A stretch of 64,000 nt of DNA from contig NC_086097.1 of NCBI RefSeq assembly GCF_963921235.1, positions 53,384,001 to 53,448,000 on the forward strand. The letters run 5' to 3'. The notes under the pieces were generated by a model. That model had not been told where the DNA came from. It made no database searches and was given only the letters and a program-made list of their open reading frames with translations. Position numbers and translations under genes: made by a program. The DNA comes from Mobula hypostoma (taxonomy: Eukaryota). Below, one piece after another: positions 26,080 through 37,587 of this stretch (within the stretch, counting starts at the first letter, position 1; each line of letters starts with the position of its first letter).

Positions 26080-27482
26080 CAGAGAATATCTTTCATCACT
26101 AGATTTAAAAAATTTAAATACACTTATTTTGTAAAAATGTACTTAAATGTGACTCAAACTAGAAATTAATCAAGAAATAGTGAGTTAAAGTAAAATAAAA
26201 ATTAAATAAAACTCCTTTTGAAAACCAGTGCCTGTAAAGCCATTGAAATGAATAGTCTCACTTTGAATGCCCATCACTGCTGCCACAAATCCAAGGGACT
26301 GGATGTGTTGACTTTGACTCTTTAGCTCATGTCACTACACCTCATTGCATCTCCAGTCAAAGCAATCCTTCAGCCTCCTCCCACTGTTAATGTGCTTACA
26401 ATCAGATTCCTTTAAGGATTAAAGGAATCTTTTAAGATTAAGACATGTGTTTCTCAATCAGAAGTTGATCCAAGGATTATTTTGTTAATCCCTTGAGTTG
26501 TTGTCACCGTGGCCTATGGAACATTGCAACCAAAATTGATTGTTTTTCCCAGTTCCCCTTTCATTGACTTCTCACATCCAACAAGTCCACCAATCATCTG
26601 TGAAATTCAGCAAATCTTCTACAAAGCCTTAAGGATGCTTAAAGACCACCACTGAAGTGTGCTCTACGTAGGTGTTTGTTGTCCTCGCACATCACCTGCA
26701 CCAAAACTGCTGATCACTGGGTTTCTTTCACCAAACTATTTGTTACCTTTAATCACAGTATTTAAGTTTCTGTTCCTTTTCTTTAGATTAAGCAAAATTT
26801 CCCCATCTCCATGCATGATTGTTTCCTCCAGTTTGAAGCATGCAATGCAGCTGTTTTCAAACCTTTCCACCAAAGATGAACAACAAAAAAAACTTGCTGG
26901 AGAACTGTTCCCTCAGCAGTTTGTATTTTTACTCCAGATTTCAGTATCTGCAGTCTTGTATTTCCAAAATAAAACAGAAGTTATACTTTTACAATATGGC
27001 AAGTAATTGCACTTAGACCTAGCAGTAGCGTGTTTATCGGAGTCAAGTATGATATTCTCCTGAGGGGTTGTCTATCGGTGGTTGTGGAAGTCGATCTGGG
27101 ACCCACGTAACGGGGATGTTAATGGAGAACATCTGTGCGTGACTTTAAGGTGGAGAGGCTGATCCACAGGCAGTCACCTCCTGGTCCTTGACAGACTGGG
27201 ACCAGGGTCCAGTGGCATGGAATGCAAGACAACTGAGGACTCTTCACTGCTACTGCCCCTTCCACTGCCTTTGCTGCCGTCGTGATGTGTCATCATCTCC
27301 CGCCAGCTCCACTGTTGAGGGTTTGGTTAGATCACTCCGTCTGAAACCTCCTCCTTGACCTTACTGTCGCAGGTAACCCTACCAGGAGCCAAGTGCCAGA
27401 TGCCCAAATTCCAGACAGCATTGCTCTCAGGATCTCACAAGCCTCCCCACCACGACAAGGTGATGATTCCTGGAAGAAAGAC

Positions 27483-28140
27483 CATAAGGCACAGGAGCAG
27501 AAGTAGGCCATTCAGCCCATCAAGTCTGATCCACCATTCAATCATGGCTGATTTATTTTCCCTCTCATCTCCATTCTCATCCTCTCCCCGTAACAGTTGA
27601 CATCCTTACTAATCAAGAACCTATGAACCTCAACTTTAAATATGCCCGGTATTTGGCCTCCAGAGCCATCTAAGGAAATGAATTCCAGATTCACCACCAT
27701 CTGACTAAAGAAATACCTCTTCATCTCTGTTCTAATCCAACATCCCTCTATTCTGAGGCTGTGTCTTCTGGTCCTAAACTCCTGAAAACTAGTTCCTGAA
27801 AAGTAGATGGTGTCCAATGCTTTGTTTTTAAGAAAGGTATCAAGGACAGACCAGGGAACTACAGCTCAGTCAGCTCGATGTCAGTAGTGGGGAAATTACT
27901 GGAAAAAAATTCCAAGATCTACCATTATTTGGATAGATGGAGTGTGATTAAAATGAGTTGGTATGGATTTGAGAGTGGAAAATCTTGCTTGACAAACCTT
28001 GTAGAGATTTTTTTTGAGGTGGTAACCTAAGGGGTATTACAGTGGATGTTGTCTATTTAGCAAGGCCTTTAACAAAGTCCTGAATGACAGACTGGTCTGT
28101 AATGTTAGGTCCATGGAATCCAGGGAGTTAGATTGATTCA
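27483..28140. mobile_element. CR1 fragments in opposite orientations (3' end on minus to about 27790; RT fragment on plus from about 27800)
   Basis: Minus RTRRHSLRIEG..RTEMKRYFFSQ with a CR1 3' UTR; plus PGNYSSVS, GKSCLTNL and SKAFNKV remnants. Confidence 0.7.
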
Positions 28141-28474
28141 AGATTGACTGGAGAGTTTAGTCCCAAACCCTCGATGAAATACATTCCAGAAATTATAACA
28201 ACTCTGATTGAATGCCTTAAATGTTACATTTGTAATTCAGGTACCCTTAGAGTCAAGCAGGCGAGTTATCGCATTAAGCAAAAAAAGACAAGTACTAAGC
28301 CGGCCAAGCAGTATCAGTGGGGGCAAAGAGATAGACCTAAATCAGTTTTTAAAAATTGCTCCGGAGTTCAGCATCGGCAGGTTTAACGGAGGCCATGTAC
28401 TGCTTACTGCACATTTGAGAGGCACATTTTTCTGTAACAAGCAAGTGGAGTTCATAAGGAGAAGCAATACTTAC

Positions 28475-28997
28475 GAAGCCAATACACGGGATAACATTCC
28501 TTGTCTATCACGTTGACTTCATAGAGACCGCCGCGGACACACACGGTGTCGAGAGCGGGTCTGGCTGGATCTGACGAGCCAGTCTTGGCGACAAATTCGG
28601 TGTATTCTCTGTACATGAGCTCGATGCGCAGCGAGTCGTAGCCGATGAAGGGTTTCCAGGTCTTGCGATCCTCCTTGTAAAACCAGCGCACCTCCTCGGA
28701 GCCCAGCTCCCCCACCACGTCGTAGCGGTGCCGGATACTGCCCGAGTGACTGCGCTTGTGGGTGACCGAGATGTCGCTCTCGCTGAAGTCCACCTCCCCG
28801 CTGTCCAGGTAGGGCAGCGACGCCGCCGAGTCGGCCGTGAACAGGTCGAAGTTGGTGCCGCTCAGCGAGTGATACATTTCCAGGCCGAGACGACCCGAGC
28901 GCCGGCGCTGATGAGGCCGAGGTGAACCGGACGACATGTGCGGAGACGGCGGCTTGTCGCCGTGCTGGGGTGGTGGTGGTGGCGGCGGCGGCTCCAT
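28475..28997 (-). CDS. DDHD1: DDHD1 (phosphatidic acid-preferring phospholipase A1) coding exon 1
   Basis: ATG at 28997; translation contains RHRYDVVGELGSEEVRWFYKEDRKTWKPFIGYDSLRIE and VCVRGGLYEV..ECYPVYW, matching the vertebrate DDHD1 N-terminal region; GTAAGT donor at 28474-28469; 523 nt, phase 1. Confidence 0.95.
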
Positions 28998-29570
28998 CCT
29001 GCTCCTCAGACACTAAGCGACGTGCGGAGGCTGAGCCCTAGCCTACCTCGCTGCCCGTCATGAAGGCGGTGGCGGTGCCGTGCCGTGCCGGGGTGGGGTG
29101 GGAGGGGCAGAGCCGAGTAGCCCGGGGTGGGAGGAGTGCACTGCGCCGCCCTGCCCTGCCCTGCCCTGCCCTGCCCGTCCGGCTTTCCCACTCGGAGGCT
29201 GACACCGCTCCTCTGCTTGGGCTTCCTGTGCGCTCAGCCCGCCTCCGCCTGCGCCTGCAGAAACCGCCCCAGCTCCATCATACCCCCGCTCCTGCCCGCG
29301 TCACAACGCGCCGAACGTCAGTGCCTGGAGACCACAAACGGCGCGGACAAGCGGGCCGAGGCTCCCGGGCCCGACTCGCCGTGAGGCCGTGGCTGGGCTG
29401 GGGGTAACGGCCGAACTAGTGTCGGTTATGCCGCTGTGAGGCCGGTCCGGCCCGCAGTGGATGAATTGGGGCGCAGGGGGACCTCCAGCACACACCTTCT
29501 CCAGAATTCCTGCTGACTTAACTCGCCCGTGCGTTCTGACCGGCGCTGGCTCCCGTTTTCCCACCGTCTA
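28500..29570 (-). promoter_or_regulatory. CpG island / DDHD1 promoter and 5' UTR
   Basis: Abrupt GC- and CpG-rich block in AT-rich DNA covering exon 1 and about 570 bp upstream; GC box (ccgccc near 29265), NRF1-like tgcgcctgc near 29250, CRE-like TGACGT on the minus strand near 29315. The TSS cannot be placed from sequence. Confidence 0.85.
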
Positions 29571-30814
29571 CATTTAAAATTTCTACCCTGTTTTCAAAAC
29601 CCTTTATCTGTGTTATCTCATCCACCTCTCTGAAATTATACCTAATGTGCATCCACGAATTATGTCTTCATTGTCAACAGCGCAAATCGCATCTCTGAAA
29701 TTCCTCTACCCTTCTGCTCTTGACAGGTTCCCGGAAACTTGCTGCTTTTGGTCATCAACCCTATATCCTTCTGTGACTGTCAATTTTTTGGGTCATTCTC
29801 CTTATTACAGTATTAGAAAGCACTTTACGAAGGGAATATGTTGCGCCCTTTCAATTTTTATGAACCAACATGCTGTTAGAACGAGTTTAGGGATGGGTCT
29901 GGCACATTGCTGCAGTTTTGGCATTTTGACTGCTGATGTTACCAGCAAAACTGCTGACGATGGTCTTTATCAAGACATTTCCACGTAAAATGCAGAAAAT
30001 AAGTAAATTCTGCAAAAATATTATTATTGGACAGTTAATTGGTTAACAATCTTAAATTGACAGACCCATGCCTTTATTAAATAACTGGAAAAGTAATGAC
30101 TCTTTATCATAGTATGGTTACAGTAGAAAGGAAGCCATTTGGCCCGTTGTGACATGCTAGCTCTTGACCAAGCGACACTCTTTCATGCTGCCCATTACCT
30201 CGCGATCTTTTCTCACCATATTATTTTCTTTATTTCGCTATGACATAGAGGCCATTTAGCCCATCAAATCAATCCCATTCCCCAGCCTATTCTCTCTCAG
30301 ATGCCATTTACTCACAGGATGACCACAATGAAACCTGTCTCCACCACATCTGCAGGAGTGTACCTAACAAATATGTATTGTAGGGTTTTGTTTAAGTCAC
30401 TTTTAATTCCCCTCTTTATTTTGCACTTGTGACTTCTAATCCTCGGCCCCTTTAGCAACGGGGACAGCCTCCCATTATCAACCTGTCGGATCTTCCCCTC
30501 AGTTATAATGTGTTACAGCACATAAACAGTAGCTTCTGCCCAACTGGTCCATGCTGGCCAAGAAGCCCATCTAAGGTGGTGTTATTTGCCAGTATTGTTC
30601 CCATATCCTTATAAGCCTTTCCTATCCTTGTCCTTTAAAAGTTGTTAATATACCTGTCTCAACTTTCACCTGAAGTTCATTCCATTTACAAACCACCATT
30701 GTGTTTAAAAAAGAGTTGCCCTTAAGTTCTTATTAAATCATTTCCCTTCACCTTAAACCGATGCCCTCTTGTAAAATGCCAGAGTAAAAAAGTGAAGGGA
30801 AGGAGAATCTATTT

Positions 30815-31535
30815 TGGAGGACCTGACCTGGGCCCAGCATGTAAGCGCAATTAAAAAGAAAGCATAGCAGCACCTCCACTTCTTTAGGAGTTTGCGAAGA
30901 TTCAGCATAGCATCTAAAACTTTGACAAACCTCTATAAATATGTAGTGCAGAGAATATTGACAGGCTGCATCACAGCCAGGTTTGGAACCACCAATACCC
31001 TTGAATGGAAGGTCCTACAAAAGTAGTGGATATGGCCCAGACCTTCATGAGTAAAGCCCTCCCCACCATTGAGCATATCTACACAAAACGTTGTTGCAAG
31101 AAAGCAGCATCCATTATCAGGGATGCCCACCACCCATGTCATGCTCTCTTCTCGCTGCTGCTAACAGGAAAAAAGTACAAGAGCCTCAGATCTTGCACCA
31201 CTAGGTTCAGGAACAGTTATTACCCTCAGTCATCAGAGGAGATAACTTCACACAACTTGCTCAATCACTGAAATGTTCCCACAACCTTCAATGACTCTTC
31301 ATCTCATGTTCTCAATATTTCTTGTTTATTATTTTTTTTATTATTTCTTTCTTTTTGTATTTGCACAGTTTGTTTTTTGCACACTAGTTTTTCGCCCAAG
31401 TTGGTTTAGTCTTGCATTGATTCTATTATAGTTATTATTCTATTATGGAGTTATTGAGTATGCCCACAAGGAAATGAATCTCAGGGTTGTATATGTTGAC
31501 ATATATGTACTTTGAAAATAAATTTACTTTGAACT
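30815..31535 (+). mobile_element. 5'-truncated Rex1/Babar LINE inserted in an older minus-strand CR1 fragment (about 30515-31700)
   Basis: EDLTWAQH..., KKAASIIRDAHHPCHALFSLL, TTRFRNSYYP and the 3' tail aataaatttactttgaac. Confidence 0.8.
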
Positions 31536-33829
31536 GATTCCCCAACCATGGGGGAAAAGACTGAGCGCATTCTCATTATTATGTGCCTCATGACTTTGTA
31601 CACCTCTGTAAGATCACCTCATGCTCCAGGTGAAAAGAAAGTGCTAGCCTAACCAACCACTGCCTATAACTTGGCCCCTTAAGTCCTGGCAACACATCTC
31701 AAAAGAAAACAGTCTCAGCCCTTCAGTCTGTCCGTGTAATTGTAGTCACTCATTTACGCTGGACTATCCCCAAGGGCTCCCTCATTCTTTCTATGGAAGT
31801 CCATGAAAGAGTTTGAGAGGCAACCAGAAGTGAATGTAATACGGCACTCGAGGCTGGGCTAGGTCTTATAAAGGTTCAGCATTGCTTTCCTGTATTTACA
31901 CGCACAGCACTGTTGATCAAGTACAAGAATGTGTATGCCTTATTGAACACTTACTCAACTTTGCCTGTCTATTCTTTAACCCCAGGTCTCTCTTCCCCCA
32001 TATCTATATTATAGCTTATTCTATCAAAATGTAACACTTCATCTTTCTCTTCATTAAACTTAATCTGTGAGATGTCATTCTATTCTATAAACTGCTTTGG
32101 ATATTGCTGCAATTTTACGCTTCCTTGCCGTTGAAATTGTAGATTGCAACCCATGGCTGGATTATGGATATACATGAAAGAAAGTAACAGACTTTACACT
32201 GATACCTGGGGAAATGTGGCTCTTCACCTTCTTCCACATTGGGAAAATTAACCATTCAGGACCACCCTCTCCTATCTATTACTTAGCCAATGTTATATTG
32301 ATGATATTGTATTGCGTTCTGAAGAAGGGTCTTGACCTAAAGCATTGACTGCCCATTTCCCTTCATAGATGCTGCTGAGTTTTTCCATTTATTTGTTGTT
32401 CCAGATTTCCGGAATCTGCAGTCTCTCTTGAGTTTCCATTGAATCCATGCTTCAATGTCCCTTTTATCCCAAGCGCTTCAACTTTGCTAATAAGTTACAC
32501 CTTATTAGAGGCCTCCTGTATAACATACAGAGTTTGCATTATGCTTACCAACTATGTTATACATAAAAATTTATATTGGTTAAACATAGTTTACCCGTTA
32601 TAACTCTATGCTGGCTTGCCTTAATTAAACTTTTTCTCCAGTTTTATTGCAGAGCAAAGTTTCTAGAAGTTTTTTTAACAATATTTTAAGGGGAAACAAA
32701 TAATATTCACCATACTGCAGGCTTCTGGCAGCATCCCGTATTCAAAGAGCACTGAAATATTGTTAGTGTCCCTGCAGTTTCCACCTGCACTTCCCTCAAA
32801 GCCCTGGGATTCATCTTATTCCATAACAACAAATTTCCTACTTTAGAAAAGTTTACTGAACTTATTTAATACTTACATGCTATTAGTTTCTGATAAATCT
32901 TGTTTCTGTATCTCCTTCAGATTCACTTTGAAGTCAAAGACACCATAATTTTGAAATGGTAATTTTGAGCTAACCTTCATCGTGTGCTGAACCAACTCGT
33001 TCTCCTATCACCTATTTATAAAAATCTTGCCTTCTTTATAAGGTTTTGCAGCTTTTATTGGATAACATCAGATCTCTGAAGTCTTCTCAGCATTATAGAT
33101 GTCCAATATGTTTAAAACTATGGACACTTTAAAATTTGTCATGGAGTAGGTTAGAGCTCCTCAGGCCTTCATGGCTTTTGGGTGTTTCTTCCAAAATCTT
33201 CTCTTCATGTATAATCAATAATAATGAATACTGTTGCATATTTAATATTTAATGCTTCAGTAATATTTGTGTAATATTCTTAATATGTTATTGATGAAAC
33301 ATTATTTGTTTAAATAATTATGGGTTATATATAAAAAATAAGAGAATTGCATACATCATGACATACATGCGTGCCTTGCGTAAAGTAATTTTGAATTTGA
33401 ATTTATTTAAATTTTACATCCATTCCACAACGCAAGGGAGTAAAAATCTTTGCCTTTTGACTCCATCGCAATGTACGGACATGTGATTTTATAAGTCTAA
33501 TGGCTTGTAGAAAGAAGGTGTTCCATAGCCTGTGGGTCCTGGCTTTAATGCTGCGGTACCATTTGTAAAAACACGAAGTTAGAATCACATTTACGATTCC
33601 CATCTTTTCCTTTTAATTAGTTTAATGTTTTGGAGTTACAAAACATAACAGTGGCAATGAGATATTTTAAAAATGAACCCGAGGCAACTACCTACCTATG
33701 AGACATCCGAATTTAAAAAAGCACAACGACATGTTCGAATTTAAAAACGTAGCGCACTATGTGCAGAATCAGTCAGGTAAAAAAAAGACAAAAAACGTAA
33801 AAATTTACAGGTTTATGAACAGTGAGTAC

Positions 33830-34012
33830 AGGAGAAAATCTGCAGATCCTGGAAATCCAAAGCAACACACACGAAATGCGGGAGAAACGCAGCAGCCCAG
33901 GCAGCATCTATGGAAAAGAGTAAACAGTGAACATTTTGGGCCAGCCCGAAAAGTCGACTGTTTACTCTTTTCCGTAGATGCTGCCTGGTCTGCTGAGTTC
34001 CTCCAGAATTTT
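33830..34012. mobile_element. Penelope-type pLTR fold-back insertion in the Gypsy 5' leader
   Basis: 8-bp TSD GTGAGTAC (33822-33829, 34013-34020); inverted arms caggcagcatctatggaaaagagtaaacagt / actgtttactcttttccgtagatgctgcctg. Confidence 0.8.
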
Positions 34013-35248
34013 GTGAGTACTGGGTGATAATAATCATTAAAAAAAACAGAAATGGCTGGCGACATTGGGAAGATCGACTTGTTACACACCAGATAACTGG
34101 ATTTTATGTACTGAACGAATTGAACAGTATTTTAAAGCAAATGGAATAGCAATATAAAACAAGTACTAATTTTGCTGAGTGCATTAGGTTTAAAGGTTTA
34201 CAGTTTGCTTTGAAGTTTAACTGCTCCAACCAAACCAGCCGAAGTGAGCCTTGCCTATATTGTGAAAGTACTGCAGCAACATTTAGACCAAAACCGTTGT
34301 TGATTGCAGAATGCTTTAGGTTTCATAAATGGAATCAAAAGGAATGGAAGTCCATTGAGCATACATGGCTGAATAGAAGAGCTATCTAAGCATTGTCAGT
34401 ACAGTAATGATGCACCCAGAGATCATGTAGTTCGTAGAATCTTAAAAGAAAGCATTCAAAAACAGCTCCTAACTGAAGCACAACTTAAATTTAAAAGAGC
34501 AGCTGAAATAGCTTTATCAATGGAAACCACAGCGAGAGATGCAATTGAGTTGCAGTCAGGAATGAAAGTGAGCATGAACAAAATTGCAATGTCTAAACAG
34601 AAACCGGCCTGGCTGAGCTAATTGTATTACCATTGCGGCAGAAGCTCACATACACTATACCAATGCAGATTTAAAGGTAAAACTTGTAGAAAATGCAATA
34701 AAGTAGGACACATACAAAGGCATTGCAGGCAGACAAAAATAAACGGAAGGCATAGAAAAAGCTAAAACGTAAAGTTGCAGTTTCAAAAAGAGCTCAAATC
34801 TGCATGCTGGTGATGAAAAAGTTGATAATGATGAGAGTAACACAGGGCTGTATAGCCTTGAGATTTACAATGTGAAAAGTAACTATAGTCAAGCAACATG
34901 GCTTACACCAGAGATGAATGGCAAATTAATTAAAATGGAATTGTATATTGGCTCAGCTCTTTCAACCATTTCACAAAATTAGTTTGAATGGACTTCAATG
35001 ATACTGAACTGAAGCCTGTAGATACCCAACTAAAAACTTAAACTGGAGAAAAGATAACTCCTGTGGGAATGACATTCATAACAGTGAAATATAACAACCA
35101 ACAAACCATATTGGGCTTGTATATGGATAAAAAACAGGAGGGCCAGCAATGGGGGGACTTGAGTAGCTGAGACTCCAACTTGATTGGAGATCCATCAACT
35201 ATCTCCATCCTGTACACCATGAACCGTTGCCCAACAGATGGTAAATGG

Positions 35249-35812
35249 GTGTTGGCGCCAACCCCTGTGCCTCTGGTTGGAAAGCACATTGAACCAAGGA
35301 AGGACCACGCTGCTCAGAGGAATCATGAAAGTGACGAAAGCAGTGGTGTAACTACAACAGTTTTTGTAGGCAACATATCCAAAAAAATGCTCCTGATATG
35401 TTAATCAGGCAGTTGCTTGCGAAATGTGGCTTGGTTTTAAGCTGGAAGAGAGTTCAAGAAGGTTCAGGAAAGTTGCAAGCATTCATCTTTTCTGAGTATA
35501 AGGAACCAGAATTTACCAAGCTTGCATTAAGATTATTGCATGAACTTCAAGTGGAACTGCCTGTAAAAGTAGTTACAAAGACCAAAGCCCAGCTGGATGA
35601 ATGGAAGGCCAAAAAGAAAGGAGTCAATGAAGATGTGAAAACAGAGGATTCATCGGATGATGTTGTGAATGAGCAAACCAAGTGGGGGGTGGGGGAATCA
35701 GATCATAAAGGGAGTAATGGTAGGATCAACAAGTGAATTCTCCAGTGAACTAAATGCACCCTCCCAAGACCTTGATGCACCAGCTCGAAGATGGAAAAGG
35801 AAGGAGAAGAAA
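35249..35812 (+). pseudogene. RBM25: Processed (intronless) RBM25 fragment covering the RRM region
   Basis: VLAPTPVPLVGKH..RKDH..TTTVFVGNIS / MLIRQLLAKCGLVLSWKRVQEGSGKLQAF..EYKEPE..ALRLLHELQV..KTKAQLDEWKAKKK / QIIKG..SSELNAPSQD..KEKK match RBM25; frameshifts near 35387 and 35690; no introns and no poly(A). Confidence 0.93.
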
Positions 35813-36312
35813 AGTGTCCAGAGCTGTCAGGAGAATTTCCTGCAGTCTCAGAATGAACTCCTACAACCACCACAGAGGAGGACCCAGAACCTGAGATTGT
35901 CTTTACAGCCACAGGTCTCACCTGCCGAGCAGAGTGACCTGCCCCTCACCCCCAGTCAGGAAAGGTAGGAGTTGCATACTTGCATCAGTTTGGACTCTCA
36001 TCTTTTTATTGCAATTAGTTTTTATGTTTTGAAGTAACAAAACATTACAATCATGCTACCGTGTGATGTGTGCATGTCTCGCTTAAAGTAAAAACACAAA
36101 CAGGTGTTTTACTTTTAATTAGTTTAATGTTTTGGAGTTACAAATACTAGTAATCTATTTAATCAAGAGCAAGCCATTATTTCATAGCCAAATTAATGGA
36201 TTACATTTCATTTTTACAATATTTAGAATTATTCTTCTTTAGATAAATATTCCGGAATCAGAATCAGGTTTAATATTACTGGCACTTGTTGTGAAATTTG
36301 GAATTTTAAGTA

Positions 36313-37587
36313 CTGTGGATTTCGGTTAATTGGTCCATCAGTGAATCAGGAAAGCCACTTATTTGGGACAACTCTTAAAGATCAACAACAAATTGAGAAA
36401 GTAGTCAGGATTTCCATCATTTATTTGGGACACTCTGCCGCTTAATTGGGACTGGAGACCATCATTGAACAGTTTCTAACTAGTGTTAGTCACATAAACG
36501 TGTAGCTATTAGACATTACACGATGCTTAGAGTGAACAGTTTTTAAATAGTGTCAGTTGTATGTGTCTGTGTTCAAAACGCATGATTTGTCACTGACAGT
36601 TGGTGAGAAATAAGTAGTAAGCCAATTTAGAATAGTTTAGCTCACTATGGTTTCAAGCAATCAGGCTTGGAAATGCCAGAAATGGCCAGGTGTATAAAAG
36701 AAACTATTTCAGCACTTTAACAAGGTAGCAACTATAAAGACTTTGAAGGTATCTACAATCATCTTGAATGTTATAATGTAAGTGAGAATTTGGAGGATGC
36801 AATTGTCGATAGCAATGTATGAAGGCAGTCCATTATCTACACTAGGTGTCTGTCATATCTGACAATGACAGTGAAATCTGTTTGGGAGAATTTTTAAACT
36901 GGAAAAGCTGGGATAGGTTTACTCTCTTGACCTTGGAAGTCCAGGTCTGGTGGTATGAATAATCATCACAAACTGGGTTCTCCCATGGTTGCAGTGGATA
37001 ACTATGACTTCTTCTTTGCCTTATCATGTTCTTCACTCTCCACAGAGCATTGCAGAACAGCCCTCTTGGCTGTTGGGTCTCACAGCTGATCTCATCCACC
37101 CAGTTCACCGGAGCTGACTTCACCTGCTAGGACAGGCATGTCCCTATTTCACTGGGGTATGAGGCCCACCAGCTACCCTCACCTGGTGTTCCAGGGTGTG
37201 GCCACTGTCACATGCGAGCAGCTATTTGGAGCAACAGCTGAGGTGTCCAGTGGGGACCAAAGGTGAGTGAGCTGCTGCAGAGTAGACTAGACAGGCCCCC
37301 TCACTAAAGGCGCTACCCCTTCCTGGACACTCATACACGGCAGCATACACTGGATGAATTCCTTTGTCGATAATTATGCAGAACTAATACACAGTTTTAT
37401 AGTACTGTAATAGTATTGATAGTCTCCTAATTTGTTCTTTATTTCATAATTTGCTACTCGGTTAAACAGTACTTTGTCTTTTTTATACCTTTTTAACTAT
37501 TTCCATGAAACTGGCTAATTGGGGTGGCCGTTTATTTGGGTCAAAATGTACTGGTCCCGATGTGTCCCAATTAAGTTGAATCCAATG
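36313..37587. mobile_element. Old pogo/Tigger-like non-autonomous element with an internal insertion (about 36890-37340)
   Basis: Imperfect TIRs ctgtggatttcggttaattgg / ccaattaagttgaatccaatg flanked by TA; repeated subterminal ttaattgggac motifs. Confidence 0.62.

Larger units (their letters stand above)
33232..36142 (+). mobile_element. Mag-like Gypsy LTR retrotransposon, non-autonomous (gag-protease, no RT/RH/IN core), carrying an RBM25 fragment
   Basis: 5' LTR 33232-33650 (TGTTG...TAACA) then PBS-like tggcaatgag; 33-bp identity between LTR ends (33610-33642 vs 36112-36144); 5-bp TSD AATAC at 33227-33231 and 36143-36147; decayed gag from ATG 34052 with tandem zinc knuckles (HCGRSSH..QC, CRKCNKVGHIQRHC); protease-like MELYIGSA near 34935. 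Confidence 0.88.

Noticed and set aside
26404..26430. Perfect 12-bp inverted repeat AGATTCCTTTAA-GGA-TTAAAGGAATCT
   Set aside because: Short and AT-rich with no supporting context; plausibly a local replication-derived inversion.
27483..28140. Twin-priming inversion of a single CR1 insertion
   Set aside because: The geometry fits, but no TSD was found and the two parts are far apart on the element; independent insertions are equally likely.
28519..29564. Several overlapping ORFs on both strands in the CpG island (for example 28519-29013 minus, 29060-29407 plus)
   Set aside because: Expected from stop-codon scarcity in GC-rich DNA; low complexity and no recognisable homology. Only the DDHD1 frame has splice support.
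35180..35968. Functional RBM25 gene or Gag-RBM25 fusion protein
   Set aside because: Frameshifts, an in-frame deletion and RRM substitutions, plus stops in the upstream gag; the C-terminal PWI region is absent.
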